DNA from: an uncultured Paenibacillaceae bacterium
GTDB taxonomy: Bacteria; Bacillota; Bacilli; Paenibacillales; CALAME01
Length of the DNA stretch: 64,000 nucleotides
Assembly: GCA_937925675.1 (NCBI GenBank)
Contig: CALAME010000086.1
Span: 13,852 to 77,851 of the forward strand
Direction: 5' to 3'
Positions 39,082 to 50,186 of the stretch are shown here, piece by piece (the first letter of the stretch is position 1; each line of letters starts with the position of its first letter). The notes below the pieces were generated by a model. That model had not been told where the DNA came from. It saw only the letters and a program-made list of their open reading frames with translations, and ran no database searches. Made by a program: the position numbers and the translations under genes.

Positions 39082-39177
39082 ACATCCATCCGAATCCAGT
39101 CCGAAATCATCCGAAGTTTGTTCTGAAATCCGAATCGGGTTCGAAATGAACCGAAGTCCGTATCTTTTTTCTCCTAT

Positions 39178-39191
39178 TGTAAACGCATACA
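39178..39191. promoter_or_regulatory. cre-like (CcpA) or AraR-like inverted repeat TGTAAACGCATACA
   Basis: Matches the loose cre pattern WTGNAANCGNWNNCW. Lies 39 nt upstream of the ATG at 39230. Confidence 0.35.
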
Positions 39192-39229
39192 ATACAAGTA
39201 AATCTTTACAAGGAGGGAACCTTAGCTCA

Positions 39230-40222
39230 ATGAATAAGACCGGCCAACAACCGTGGTGGAAAAACCGGGCCTGGCGACAGATCCAGACAAACTTGCGGGA
39301 AATTGACATGCTGGACATCGATGCGGAACGTTATGTCGCTGACCTGAAAGCATTCAAAGCCAATTCGGTCATGCTGAACGCTGCCGGAATCATCTCCAGT
39401 TATCCGACCCGGTTGCCCTTTCATTTTCAAAGTCCTTATCTCAAAGGCGCAAGCCTGGAGGAGCTGATCGAAGCCTGCCATAAAGCGGACATCAAGGTCA
39501 TTGCCCGCACCGATTTTTCCAAAGTGCGCAGACCGATTTATGAACGTTATCCGGAATGGGCTTACCGGACCGCCAACGGAGACATCGTTGACTATAACGG
39601 TGATGTTCATGTATGCATCAACAGCGAATATCAGCAAAAATATGCGCTGGACATCATCAAAGAAACGCTCACGTCGCATGATTTTGACGGCATCTTTTTC
39701 AATATGGGCGGATTTATTACGTTCGACTATAGCGGCAACGATTATGGCATTTGCCATTGTGACAATTGCCGGCGCAAGTTCAAAGAAAGCTATGGTTTCG
39801 ACCTGCCCCGAAGCAAAGATTGGGACGACCCCGCCTACCGCGCCTACCTTCTGTTTAAAAAAGAGGTGATGCGTGCTCACGAACAGCTGATCTATGATTT
39901 CATCACCGAAATCCGGCCCGATGTCGTGATCGCCAACAATTTCATCCAGCGCGGAATGTTCCGCCAGGAATCAAACACCGCAATCGAGCGCCCATTGCCG
40001 CACTGGCAGTACAGCGCATCGGACAACACGAAATGGGTAGTCAGTTCGTACCCGGGCATGGGTTCCTGCAACACAACTGTCGATTTCATCGATTTTCCTT
40101 ACCGGCATGTGGCCGTTTCCCCGTACCAGGCGGGGGTGGAAGTTCCCAGCCGGCAGATGGCGACGGGAACGGAGGTGCAGCCGGAGGGGGTTCAGAGGCC
40201 ACAGGCGAACCGACCACATTGA
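39230..40222 (+). pseudogene. truncated glycoside-hydrolase-like gene (GHL6 / GH42-associated family, tentative); native sequence ends near 40129, then reads out of frame into the next gene
   Basis: ATG 10 nt after AGGAGGG. N-terminus QQPWWKNRAWRQIQTNLREIDMLDIDAERYV. After ...DFIDFPYRHVAVSPYQ the frame continues as low-quality sequence (AGVEVPSRQMATGTEVQPEG) that is the +1 reading of a lipoprotein linker. Confidence 0.6.
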
Positions 40223-41406
40223 CCCTCTGGACGTTCAATGATCTTCACACCGATTATTACAGAAAAACAGTCGAACTTTGGAACGAAGAACATCCTGAAC
40301 AACCGATCGATTTAGTGATCGACACGTATCCGAATAATGAAATGCATACCAAATTGCTGATTGCCCTGCAATCCGGCGTTGGAGCACCTGACATCGCAGA
40401 CATCAACATCAACTTTTTCCATAACTTCCTCAAAGGCGACATTCAACTGGTCGAGCTGAACGATATTATCGAACCGGAATTGTCACAGTTTGTCAAGTCC
40501 CGTTTCGATATTTACAGCAAAGACGGTAAATATTACGGTATCGGTTTCCACGTCGGCGCCACGGTAGTCTATTACAACAAGGAAATTATGGATCAGGCCG
40601 GCGTCGATATCGAGTCGATCAAAACGTGGGACGATTACATCGAAGCTGGTAAAAAAGTACTGGCCGCAACAGGCAAGCCGATGACGGCCTTTGAAATTAC
40701 GAACCAAAGACCGTTCTGGCCGATGATCGTACAAAGAGGTTCCGACTACCTCAGTGAAGAAGGCGTCATTCTGGACAACGAAACGAACATCGAAGTCCTG
40801 CAAGCGATGTACGACATGATTTACGAACATGAGATTGCGATCCCGATGCCTGGCGGAAATACAGGTTCGGAAGAATTTTTCGCCTTCATGAACAACGGCG
40901 GCATCGCTTCTCTCATTATGCCGATGTGGTATATGGGCCGCTTTACGAGCTACATGCCGGATCTGGAAGGCAAGATTCTGATTCGTCCGATGCCGGTATG
41001 GGAAGAAGGAGACTTCCGTTCGGCCGGTATGGGTGGAACAGGCACTTCGATCACGAAACAGAGCGAACACATCGATCTGGCCAAACAGTTCCTGGCCTAT
41101 GCCAAGCTGACGAAAGAAGCCAACATCCGCATCTGGCAGGAGCTGCAATTCGACCCGATCCGTTGGGATGTTTGGGATGCGCCCGAACTTCAAGAACCGC
41201 TTGAGTACTTTGGCAATGAAGTCGTGTTCAATACGTTGCTTGAGCTCAAAGATGAAATTGCTTCACCGTATTACAACGAATTGAGCTCGGCTGCACAGGA
41301 TCTCGTCATGAATGACGTTATGTTCAAAGCGCTCAGCGAACGGATCGCTACGCCGGAAGAAGCTTTGCGCGAGGCGGCAGATGAGCTGCGCAGCCAACAA
41401 GAGTAA
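40129..41406 (+). pseudogene. sugar ABC substrate-binding protein lacking a start codon, signal peptide and lipobox
   Basis: From about 40129 the frame reads GGGGSSQPADGDGNGGAAGGGSEATGEPTTLTLWTFND, the linker that normally follows a lipobox Cys (compare LAGCGGGTETGG in the 12388..13746 paralog). The upstream in-frame sequence (MGSQFVPGHGFLQHNCRFH) has no hydrophobic core. Confidence 0.65.
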
Positions 41407-41442
41407 TGGGGGTCTTCCCCGTTAATCCATGGGGGTGAAAAT

Positions 41443-42342
41443 ATGGTCAAAGCTTTAAGATCGCTACTATACTCAGAAAAAGTCGCACCTTATATATTCG
41501 TCTCCCCCTTCATCGTAGCTTTTGTCGTATTCTTTCTCTATCCGACAATCAACACGTTTGTCATGAGTTTTCAGGAAATCGTGGGATTGGACAGCGCCCG
41601 TTTTGTCGGGCTCGAAAACTACAAGAAATTGTTCAACGTCCATTTTTACAATGCGCTCAAAACCAATACCCTGTACACCCTGTTCACATTGCTGTTGCTG
41701 ATTCCAATCCCCATCCTGTTTGCCGTGTTTCTCAACAGTGCCTTTGTCAAGGGAAAAACCTTTTTCAGAACGTCCATTTTTATCCCGGCGCTGACCTCGG
41801 TCATCGTCGCCGGGGTCTGCTTCCGACTCATGTTTGGGGAGCTGGACACAGCGCTGGTTAACTCTCTGTTGATCAAGATCGGACTGCCGCCGCAAAAATG
41901 GCTGCTCGGATACTGGACGGGAATGCTGTTGATGGTGCTTTTGCACTTCTGGAAAACGGCCGGAATCTTTATGGTTTACTATCTGGCCGGACTGCAAAGC
42001 ATCCCGCATGAACTGTACGAATCGGCCCAAATTGACGGCGCCGGAGCTGTGCAGAGATTATGGTACATCACCTTGCCGCTTTTGAAACCGATCGTCATCT
42101 ATACGTTGACCATCGCCATATTTGAGGGTTACCGGATGTTCGGCGAAAGCTATGTGTTCTGGAATGAAGGGATGCCAGGAGATATCGGACTGACGATCGT
42201 CCGCTACATTTACCAGCAAGCGTTCCAGAGAAATGATATGGGCTTCGGCTCCGCTATCGGGATTGCGCTGTTGTGTCTGGTCATGATCGTCAACCTGATT
42301 CAGCTGCGATTTTTCGGGATGTTTAAAAAGGAGCGGGATTAA
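41443..42342 (+). CDS. carbohydrate ABC transporter permease (MalF-like)
   Basis: 299 aa, EAA loop YESAQIDGAGAVQRLWYITLPLL. GGGGGTGA upstream. Confidence 0.9.
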   Translation: MVKALRSLLYSEKVAPYIFVSPFIVAFVVFFLYPTINTFVMSFQEIVGLDSARFVGLENYKKLFNVHFYNALKTNTLYTLFTLLLLIPIPILFAVFLNSAFVKGKTFFRTSIFIPALTSVIVAGVCFRLMFGELDTALVNSLLIKIGLPPQKWLLGYWTGMLLMVLLHFWKTAGIFMVYYLAGLQSIPHELYESAQIDGAGAVQRLWYITLPLLKPIVIYTLTIAIFEGYRMFGESYVFWNEGMPGDIGLTIVRYIYQQAFQRNDMGFGSAIGIALLCLVMIVNLIQLRFFGMFKKERD

Positions 42343-42343
42343 G

Positions 42344-43183
42344 ATGAAGAAAAAAAACATGCTCACGTCGATCGTTCTCATCTTGTTCTTCATTGCGGTA
42401 AGCATCCTATTTCTGTTCCCGCTTTACTACCTGGTCATGGCGTCCTTTAAACCGGCAGATGAACTGTTTCGAAACGGACTCGATTTCTCCATCAATCTCG
42501 ATCTGATGAATCTGAACAACTACCGATTGCTGTTTACCGACGGAGGGGGCGTCTACCTGTCCTGGTACAAGAACAGTCTGCTGATCACAGCGCTGTACAC
42601 CGGTCTCGGATTGTTCTTGTCCTCTATGGTCGGATATGGACTTGGCGCCTATCAGTTCAAAGGGAGAAACTTCATCTTTCTGCTGGTCCTGTTCGTGCTG
42701 ATGATGCCGGTAGAAATCTTGATGCTTCCTTTATACAAGCTGATGATTTCATTAGGCATGATCAACAAGTATTCCGGTGTGATTCTGCCATTTGTCGTAT
42801 CACCGATCGCCGTGTTCTTTTTCCGGCAATTTGTTTCCGGTTTGCCCAAAGATTTTATGGATGCCGGAAGAATCGACGGCTGTACGGAAATAGGCATTTT
42901 CTTCAGAATTATGGTTCCGCTCATGGCCCCGGCTTTCGGAGCAATGGGCATCTTGCTGGCCATGCAAAGCTGGAACAATTTTATCTGGCCTTTAATTGTT
43001 CTGCGTACGAATGAGATGCTGACGCTACCGATCGGATTGGCCTCGATGCTCACACCGTATGGAAATAACTATGACAAATTGATCGCAGGTTCTGTTTTGG
43101 CCATTATTCCGATCATCATCGTATTTTTGTTCAACCAAAGAGCGTTTATTTCAGGGCTGACAGCAGGCGGGGTCAAAGGCTGA
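42344..43183 (+). CDS. carbohydrate ABC transporter permease (MalG-like)
   Basis: 279 aa, EAA loop MDAGRIDGCTEIGIFFRIMVPLM. Confidence 0.9.
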   Translation: MKKKNMLTSIVLILFFIAVSILFLFPLYYLVMASFKPADELFRNGLDFSINLDLMNLNNYRLLFTDGGGVYLSWYKNSLLITALYTGLGLFLSSMVGYGLGAYQFKGRNFIFLLVLFVLMMPVEILMLPLYKLMISLGMINKYSGVILPFVVSPIAVFFFRQFVSGLPKDFMDAGRIDGCTEIGIFFRIMVPLMAPAFGAMGILLAMQSWNNFIWPLIVLRTNEMLTLPIGLASMLTPYGNNYDKLIAGSVLAIIPIIIVFLFNQRAFISGLTAGGVKG

Positions 43184-43283
43184 GACGGCTGAGACGGTTA
43201 CACGCTGACGTCTTGACCCTCCTCATGATCATCATAGATCATGGTCATCATCACAATTATGATATAAAAGGGGTTTTGCACAC

Positions 43284-44816
43284 ATGACGAACATCATTCG
43301 CGTTCATACCAAGGCAGGAACACAAAAGATCAGCAGGCACATCTATGGTCATTTTGCCGAGCATTTGGGACGATGCATCTATGATGGTTTCTGGGTAGGC
43401 GAAGATTCGAGCATCCCCAATACACGCGGGATCCGCAACGATATCGTCGAAGCATTGAAAAAAATCAAAATCCCGAACTTGCGTTGGCCCGGAGGCTGCT
43501 TTGCCGACGAGTACCATTGGAAAGACGGTGTCGGACCGAGAGAGCAAAGACCGCGCATGATTAACAACCACTGGGGCGGCGTCGTCGAAAACAATCACTT
43601 TGGCACCCATGAATTCTTTGATCTGTGTGAATTGCTCGGCGCCGAGCCTTATATTTGCGGGAATGTCGGAAGCGGCACTGTTCAAGAAATGCAACAATGG
43701 ATCGAATATATCACGTTTGACGGCGAATCGCCCATGGCCAATTGGCGCAAGCAAAACGGGCGTGAAAAACCGTGGAAACTGACGTTCTTTGGTGTAGGGA
43801 ATGAAAACTGGGGCTGCGGCGGCCGCATGCGAGCCGAATATTATGCCGATCTGTACCGCCAGTACAGCATGTACGTCAGAGATTACGGAGATAACAAGAT
43901 TTTCAAGGTGGCAGCTGGACCTCGCGGAGCCAACTATCATTGGACGGAAGTGTTGATGCGCGAAGCCGGCTATTTCATGGACGGTCTCGGTCTGCACTAC
44001 TACACCAGAGTGAGAGACCATAACATCGTGATCAAAGCCGAAGACGGCAACGAGTTTTACATTTTCGATCCGGAGGCAGTACGCGGGGACGCGGTCGATT
44101 TTGAAGACTATGAATGGTATGCGATCATGAGATCCGCCTACTTCACCGATGAACTGATCCGGAAACACTCGGCCATCATGGACAAGTACGATCCGGAAAA
44201 ACGAGTGGCGCTCGTCATCGACGAATGGGGTACCTGGTTTGACGTAGAACCGGGAACAAATCCGGGCTTCTTGTACCAGCAAAACACGGTACGGGATGCC
44301 GTATCTGCAGGAATCAGCCTCAACATTTTCAACAATCATTGCGACCGGGTCAGATTGTGCAACTTGGCCCAGACGGTCAACGTGCTGCAAGCTCCCATTC
44401 TGACCAAGGGTGACAAGATGATTCTGACCCCGACCTACCATGTGTTCGATCTGTACAAGGTGCACCACGATGCCGAGTTGCAACCGGTAGAAATCGAAAC
44501 TGAAAAAATCCGTTACGGCGGTGAAGAACTGCCTTTGATCAGCGTATCGGCATCCACCGATGCATCCGGCAAACTGAATTTGACGATCACCAACTGCAGC
44601 CTCGACAAAACCGTTCCGGTCAAGATTGACGCAGGCGGAACGCACAACAAGCTGGCAGGAGGACAGATTTTGACGGGACCGGCCATGAACAGCCACAATA
44701 CGTTTGAACAGCCTGACCTCGTCAAGCCGGAAGCCTTTACCCAAGCACGGGTACAGGGAGAAGCTGTCGAAGCTGAAATCCCGCCGATGTCCGTCGTTCT
44801 GTTGACGTTGGAATAA
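43284..44816 (+). CDS. abfA: GH51 alpha-L-arabinofuranosidase
   Basis: [36 protein letters not shown] and [11 protein letters not shown] (acid/base Glu motif). 510 aa. Confidence 0.9.
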   Translation: MTNIIRVHTKAGTQKISRHIYGHFAEHLGRCIYDGFWVGEDSSIPNTRGIRNDIVEALKKIKIPNLRWPGGCFADEYHWKDGVGPREQRPRMINNHWGGVVENNHFGTHEFFDLCELLGAEPYICGNVGSGTVQEMQQWIEYITFDGESPMANWRKQNGREKPWKLTFFGVGNENWGCGGRMRAEYYADLYRQYSMYVRDYGDNKIFKVAAGPRGANYHWTEVLMREAGYFMDGLGLHYYTRVRDHNIVIKAEDGNEFYIFDPEAVRGDAVDFEDYEWYAIMRSAYFTDELIRKHSAIMDKYDPEKRVALVIDEWGTWFDVEPGTNPGFLYQQNTVRDAVSAGISLNIFNNHCDRVRLCNLAQTVNVLQAPILTKGDKMILTPTYHVFDLYKVHHDAELQPVEIETEKIRYGGEELPLISVSASTDASGKLNLTITNCSLDKTVPVKIDAGGTHNKLAGGQILTGPAMNSHNTFEQPDLVKPEAFTQARVQGEAVEAEIPPMSVVLLTLE

Positions 44817-44832
44817 GGCAGCGGATTGAACC

Positions 44833-45117
44833 ATGACGAGCAAGCGTGAAGCGATCAGACCGTGCAGGGACTGTTCAGAATCGGTCCATGTCAGTGAAGA
44901 ACAAGTGGAGGAAATTCTCCACATGATGTTGACTCGACGAAACAGACAGCTCGTCGATCAAGAAACGGCGTCCAGGCGTCTCGAGCTATGTCTCGCCTGT
45001 GACGCCTATCACGCAGATGCAGGAGGAACCTGTCAATATTGCGGCTGTCTCGTCGCGGTCAAAACCCGTCTGGAGGGCGAGCACTGTCCCGATCCTCGCC
45101 AACCGAAATGGGAATAA
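44833..45117 (+). CDS. small cysteine-rich protein (putative zinc-binding), function unknown
   Basis: 94 aa with CRDC, CLAC, CQYCGC and a final C. Lies 16 nt after the abfA stop. Weak SD. Confidence 0.45.
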   Translation: MTSKREAIRPCRDCSESVHVSEEQVEEILHMMLTRRNRQLVDQETASRRLELCLACDAYHADAGGTCQYCGCLVAVKTRLEGEHCPDPRQPKWE

Positions 45118-45146
45118 AAATGGGTGATCCAGAAAAGGGGTCAAAA

Positions 45147-45190
45147 AAGCGGCGTACTCAGGTTTAACCTGAATACGCCGCTTATTTTTT
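45147..45190. terminator. bidirectional rho-independent terminator
   Basis: 16-bp stem AAGCGGCGTACTCAGG / CCTGAATACGCCGCTT (one mismatch), with an A6 run before it and a T6 run after it. Confidence 0.7.
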
Positions 45191-45212
45191 GCTTCAATAA
45201 CCTTGCAAAACC

Positions 45213-46046
45213 CTACAACTTGTAAAACGTTTTGGCATTTTCACCGAAACATTTCTGCATTTCGGCTTCTCCCCACTCTTGCGGTAGCGCGTGTAACAAC
45301 ACGTTTATCACATCATCATATTCGGCCGCAAGCAAACATACAGGCCAATCACTGCCATACATCACCCGATCCGGACCGAATGCCTGTATCACTTTTTGTA
45401 CATACGGGACAAAATGTTCTTTCTTCCAGTTCTGATGATCCGCCTCGGTCACCATGCCAGACAGTTTGCAGTACAGGCGCGGAAAGCGAGCCAGCTTCTC
45501 GATCTGCTTTTCCCATGGATCCATCCTGCCTTCCGCAATCGGCGGCTTGCCAAGATGATCCAATACGCCTCTTAAGTTCGGTACCTGATTCAACATTTCG
45601 ATCAGGATGTCCAGTTGGCTGGAGACGACGAGCAGATCGACCGGCACATCTTCCTGTTCGAAAAATTTGAGCGCCTCTATAAATTGGGGCTTCAACACCT
45701 GGCTTGGATCGGACATGTCCTGAATCATGATGCGAAATCCGACATATTTCGGATGTTTGGAAAATTCCCGATGATGGTCCCACCAATGGGGATCGGCCAG
45801 ATCCAAATACCCCACCACACCTAAAATCGTCTCTTCCTGATCGGCCAGCTCCAGGATAAACCGGGTTTCCTCAATGGTGGGAGCTGCCTGAACCAGGATC
45901 GTTCCGTCCAACTGATGTTTTTGTAAATGAGGCCTTAAATGTTCAGGCAAAAAATTCCGATACAACACGGGCAATTCTGGAGTGATCCAACCGTAATCCC
46001 CCCGCTCAATACGCCAATAGTGCTGGTGAGCATCGATTCTGACCAC
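45213..46046 (-). CDS. amidohydrolase-2 family protein (L-fucono-1,5-lactonase-like)
   Basis: The MVRIDAHQHYW N-terminus and the ...YGSDWPV motif are typical of the sugar-lactonase branch of Amidohydro_2. 277 aa. Confidence 0.85.
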   Translation of the reverse strand: MVRIDAHQHYWRIERGDYGWITPELPVLYRNFLPEHLRPHLQKHQLDGTILVQAAPTIEETRFILELADQEETILGVVGYLDLADPHWWDHHREFSKHPKYVGFRIMIQDMSDPSQVLKPQFIEALKFFEQEDVPVDLLVVSSQLDILIEMLNQVPNLRGVLDHLGKPPIAEGRMDPWEKQIEKLARFPRLYCKLSGMVTEADHQNWKKEHFVPYVQKVIQAFGPDRVMYGSDWPVCLLAAEYDDVINVLLHALPQEWGEAEMQKCFGENAKTFYKL

Positions 46047-46059
46047 CGGTTTTACCCCC

Positions 46060-47025
46060 TTATGAAATCGGCGCTTCTTCAGGGATCAATCCTTCATGTA
46101 CACATTCCGCCCAAAAATCATCCGGTATCGATACGCCAAACATATCGATGTTTTCCTGAAGCTCTTCTTTCGACCGCGCACCGGTCAAAACCGATGTAAC
46201 AGCCGGATGTTTCAGCGGAAACTGGTATGCAGCCGCCTTCAACGGAATGTTGTGGCGCCGGCACACTTCATCCAGACGCCGCGCTTTTTCGATCCATTTC
46301 GGTTCGGCCGGACGATAGTTGAACATCGGCGTCTTCGCATAGGGATCAGCGAGAATTCCACTGTTGAGCACTCCGCCGATAAAGATGGAAATTCCTTTTT
46401 TCTCCGCGATCGGCATCAAGTCTTTTAGCGCGCTTTGATCCAGCAGCGTATACCGTCCCGCAAGCAGGAAGCAATCAAAATCGTAGTTTGTGGCAAAGCG
46501 CGCCAGCATCTCCGACTGGTTCATGCCGGCTCCTACCGCCTTGATCACACCTTGCGAACGCAGTTCCCACAGCGCTTTGTAAGCCCCTTCGATCGCTTCC
46601 TGTTCGTAGTCGTCCGGATCGTGAATGTGCACGATATCCACGCGTTCAATGCCGAGTCTTTTCAAACTGTTTTCAAACGAACGCATAACTCCGTCATAGC
46701 TGTAGTCGTGTACCCTTTCCAGCTCGGTCGGAACCGAAGGCGGCTCCTCCGGAACCTTGTACCCGACTTTGGTCGCCAGCGTAAACGTGTCGCGCGGGAC
46801 TTGGGACAAGATGCGGCCCAATCTTTTCTCCGCCAATCCGGATCCATACAAGGGAGCGGTATCAAAAAAGCGGATACCGGCATCCAAAGCCGCCTGTATG
46901 GTCTGTTCGGCGGCTTCAGTGGTTACCGGTTCATACAGAAAGCCAAGCGCGCCGGTGCCGAGCCCGAGCACGTTGACTTTGACCGAAGTTTTGCCTACCG
47001 TTCGCATTTCCAGGTAATCAACCAT
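46060..47025 (-). CDS. aldo/keto reductase (D-threo-aldose / L-fucose 1-dehydrogenase-like)
   Basis: LGLGTGALG...IRFFDTAPLYGSGLAEKRLG. The start at MVDYLEMRT (47025) has GGAG 9 nt upstream. The longer ORF would overlap the GH95 end. Confidence 0.85.
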   Translation of the reverse strand: MVDYLEMRTVGKTSVKVNVLGLGTGALGFLYEPVTTEAAEQTIQAALDAGIRFFDTAPLYGSGLAEKRLGRILSQVPRDTFTLATKVGYKVPEEPPSVPTELERVHDYSYDGVMRSFENSLKRLGIERVDIVHIHDPDDYEQEAIEGAYKALWELRSQGVIKAVGAGMNQSEMLARFATNYDFDCFLLAGRYTLLDQSALKDLMPIAEKKGISIFIGGVLNSGILADPYAKTPMFNYRPAEPKWIEKARRLDEVCRRHNIPLKAAAYQFPLKHPAVTSVLTGARSKEELQENIDMFGVSIPDDFWAECVHEGLIPEEAPIS

Positions 47026-47029
47026 GTCA

Positions 47030-49345
47030 TCACGCTCCATAAAGGATATACTTCTTGTTCGACTCCACCTGAAACTCAATGACGCCTGCGGAAGATTCCG
47101 TAAACGTAACGTCCTGATCATCCACGGTTACCCGCACAGGCATACGGGTTCTGACGTGGCACACCCCATCGTGATCCGGCACGATTACAGCCTGTTTCAA
47201 GCGGCCTTCTTCCCAGGTGATGTCGACCGTATACCCTCCGCGTCCGCGCAAGCCCTGAACCGATCCGCTCGCCCAAGAACGCGGCAATGCGGGCAGCAAA
47301 TGCAAAGAACCTTCATGGCTTTGCAACAGCATCTCCGCGATTCCGGCCGTACCGCCAAAGTTGCCGTCGATCTGGAATGGCGGATGGTCGTCAAACAGAT
47401 TGGGCAATGTCGATTGAGCGAGCAGGACATGCAAATATTCGCCTGCCTTTTCGCCATCCAAAAGCCGGGCATACATGTTGATGATCCAGGCGCAGCTCCA
47501 GCCGGTATGTCCACCGCCGTGTTTCAACCGGCGCTCCAGAGTAACGCGGGCAGCTTCGGCCAATTCGGGTGTGTGAAATACCGAAATTTCATTACCTGGA
47601 TGAAGTCCGAACAGGTGTGAAATGTGGCGGTGCCCGGGTTCGGCCTCTTCATAGTCGTGAATCCATTCCATGATCTGGCCGTATTTTCCGATCTTCGTTT
47701 TGGGCAAACGTTCAGCCGCTACTTTCAGCTGACGGCGGAAATCTTCGTCGATGTCCAGAATTTCAGCGGCTTTCTCACAAGCTGTAAACAGTGCCCGGAT
47801 GATCTGGTTATCCATCGTCGGACCGTATGTGAGCGAAGCCACCTCTCCGTTAGGCAAAATATACGTATTTTCCGCAGACAGGGACGGACAGGTGACGAGT
47901 TCTCCATCCGGACTTTCCACGAGAAAATCCAGCATAAACAGGGATGCTTCTTTAAGAATATCATAATGTTCCTGCAAAAAGGACCGGTCTTTGGAAAATT
48001 CGTAATGATCCCACAGATGGAGCGCGAGCCAGGCCAATCCCAGGGGCCAGTAAGTCGCAGTAATGACAGAATCTTGCGGCGCGCTGTCCGCCCAAATATC
48101 CGTATTGTGATGCGCCACCGAACCGCGGCAGTTGTACATTTCTTTCGCTGTTTTCCGCCCCGATTCCTTAAGCCGCTTGATCAGCTCAAACAACGGTTCC
48201 TGCAATTCCGGCAAATTGCACGGGTTGGCCGGCCAATAATTCATTTGCAAGTTGATATTGATCGTGTATTTGCTGTCCCAGCTGGGCAAGAATTGATCAT
48301 TCCATATTCCCTGCAAGTTGGCCGGAAGCGATCCAGGACGGCTTGAAGCGATCAGAAGATAGCGGCCGAACTGAAAATACAGAGCGAGCAGGCCCGGGTC
48401 GTCCTCGCCGGAGCGTACCCGTTCCAATCTTTCCCGGGTGTCCAGAGCTTCCAATTCCGGTGCCGAACCATCCAGATGCAGCCGCACACGATCGAACAGT
48501 TGCACATAATCCGCTTCGTGATCCTTTTGAATCGCAGCGAATCCTTTTTTCGCCGCCGCTTCCGTGCGCTCCAGACTGTAGGCCTCAGGATCGGTTTGCC
48601 GGAACGTGGTGGCTGCAGCGAGATACAACACGACTTCATCGGCATTCTCGACCACGAGATGCTCGCCGATCGTCTGTACGCTTCCCCCTGTCGCACTGCA
48701 TTGCAATGCCGCACAATAATCTACACCATTATGGCCATCGGCATTTCCTTTCATGACCAGCTTGTCGCCACCCCGCGGCTCGATGCGCTCCACATAGCGC
48801 CACTGGGCGCGACTGAAGCGCGCGGTGAAGCTGATACTTCCCGGCTGGTCCGCAGCAAGCCGGATCGCCAGCACCTGATCCGGATAGCTGGCCAACACTT
48901 CCCGTTTGTATTGGATACCGTCCCGTTCATAAGTCACGCGGATGATCGCCTTTTCCAGATCCAGTTCACGATGATAGTTTTGCACATCCTGATCTTTATG
49001 GTCCGCACCGAAATCGAGATACAGATCACCGAGGGGGACATAGTGGCGCTGCGTTTCCGGCATTCCTGTCAACGCCAGGATCGCCAGCCGTTCCGCTTCC
49101 TTAATCTGGCCGTTAAAGAGCAGTTCGCGAATTTTGGGCAAATATTTGGGTGCATCCGGATTGAGACGATCCTGTGGCCCTCCGTACCAGAGAGAGTCTT
49201 CATTGAGCTGGATGTGTTCCCGATCGACACGGCCAAATACCATGGCCCCCAACCGACCGTTGCCGACCGGAAGGGCCTCTTCCCACACTTCTGCCGGATT
49301 TCGATACCAGAGTTTGTTTCTCATTTCCATCAAACTTTCCCTCAT
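47030..49345 (-). CDS. GH95 alpha-L-fucosidase / alpha-L-galactosidase family protein
   Basis: [27 protein letters not shown] is the typical GH95 N-terminus. 771 aa. An alternative start at 49330 follows GAGGGAAAG. Confidence 0.9.
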   Translation of the reverse strand: MRESLMEMRNKLWYRNPAEVWEEALPVGNGRLGAMVFGRVDREHIQLNEDSLWYGGPQDRLNPDAPKYLPKIRELLFNGQIKEAERLAILALTGMPETQRHYVPLGDLYLDFGADHKDQDVQNYHRELDLEKAIIRVTYERDGIQYKREVLASYPDQVLAIRLAADQPGSISFTARFSRAQWRYVERIEPRGGDKLVMKGNADGHNGVDYCAALQCSATGGSVQTIGEHLVVENADEVVLYLAAATTFRQTDPEAYSLERTEAAAKKGFAAIQKDHEADYVQLFDRVRLHLDGSAPELEALDTRERLERVRSGEDDPGLLALYFQFGRYLLIASSRPGSLPANLQGIWNDQFLPSWDSKYTININLQMNYWPANPCNLPELQEPLFELIKRLKESGRKTAKEMYNCRGSVAHHNTDIWADSAPQDSVITATYWPLGLAWLALHLWDHYEFSKDRSFLQEHYDILKEASLFMLDFLVESPDGELVTCPSLSAENTYILPNGEVASLTYGPTMDNQIIRALFTACEKAAEILDIDEDFRRQLKVAAERLPKTKIGKYGQIMEWIHDYEEAEPGHRHISHLFGLHPGNEISVFHTPELAEAARVTLERRLKHGGGHTGWSCAWIINMYARLLDGEKAGEYLHVLLAQSTLPNLFDDHPPFQIDGNFGGTAGIAEMLLQSHEGSLHLLPALPRSWASGSVQGLRGRGGYTVDITWEEGRLKQAVIVPDHDGVCHVRTRMPVRVTVDDQDVTFTESSAGVIEFQVESNKKYILYGA

Positions 49346-49355
49346 TTCCCCACCG

Positions 49356-50186
49356 TTATTTTACAGCACCTTGCGTCAAGCCAGAGACGATATACCGCTG
49401 ACTGAACAGATAGAGTACAAGAACCGGCAATGCCGTCAGAACGAGGTTGGCAAAAACAAGGTTCCAGTTGCTGCCGCTGTACTGGCCGAAAAACTGATAA
49501 ACGGACAAAGGCATCGTCCACTTTTTCGGATCATTCAAGAAAAAGATGGGAATATTGACGTCGTTCCAAATGTTCATGAACACGATAATCAAAATGGTCA
49601 TATTGATCGGCTTCAACAGCGGAAAAACGATGGAAAAAAACAGGCGAACCATGGATGCCCCATCCAGCAACGCTGCTTCATCCAGCGCCTTTGGAACCGT
49701 CGTCCGAATGAAACCGGTATACAGGAAAATGCTGAACGCCATATTGATGACACAGTAAATGACGATCACGCTGGTGTACGTCCCGTATAGGTTAAAATCT
49801 TGCATCAAGCGAATCGTCGGGATTGTCTGCATGGGCGCAAGCATGCCGATGAAGAAGAAGTAATAGAGAAATTCCGAAACTTTCGTTTTTCTTCTCGCAA
49901 TCTGGAAAGCGGCCATGGAGGATACGATGATGTTGATGATGACGGCAACACCCGTAATCAGCATGCCGTTCAAAAAGGCACGGACCATCTTCCCTTCCAC
50001 GATCACTTTCGGATAGTTTTGCCATTGCCATTCAGAAGGGAGGGACAGGTCGAAAGCCGTCGCTTCCGTAGGTGTTTTCAAGGAACCGAACAGCATGACC
50101 AAAAAAGGCACAATGACGACGAGCGAAAGCAACCACATGCCGATTTCGGCCAACAAGGTTGGCAACCTTTTTCGGATCGAGATCAT
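49356..50186 (-). CDS. carbohydrate ABC transporter permease (MalG-like)
   Basis: 276 aa, EAA loop [24 protein letters not shown]. Confidence 0.9.
   Translation of the reverse strand: MISIRKRLPTLLAEIGMWLLSLVVIVPFLVMLFGSLKTPTEATAFDLSLPSEWQWQNYPKVIVEGKMVRAFLNGMLITGVAVIINIIVSSMAAFQIARRKTKVSEFLYYFFFIGMLAPMQTIPTIRLMQDFNLYGTYTSVIVIYCVINMAFSIFLYTGFIRTTVPKALDEAALLDGASMVRLFFSIVFPLLKPINMTILIIVFMNIWNDVNIPIFFLNDPKKWTMPLSVYQFFGQYSGSNWNLVFANLVLTALPVLVLYLFSQRYIVSGLTQGAVK

Noticed and set aside
39047-39229. The track start at 39047 for the GH-like ORF, overlapping the kinase gene end
   Set aside because: The N-terminal 61 residues are low-complexity and overlap the kinase gene. A strong AGGAGGG precedes the ATG at 39230, where family-like sequence begins.
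40033-40128. ATG 40033 as the start of the binding-protein ORF
   Set aside because: This ATG lies inside the GH-like coding frame and has no SD. The 32 residues it adds have no signal-peptide character. It is treated as a fortuitous in-frame ATG upstream of a beheaded gene.
43257-44924. 555-aa minus-strand ORF spanning the whole arabinofuranosidase gene
   Set aside because: It is the antisense shadow of a gene whose plus-strand product carries clear GH51 motifs ([24 protein letters not shown]). The antisense product is Arg/Ser/Cys/His-rich, has no recognisable motifs and no SD.
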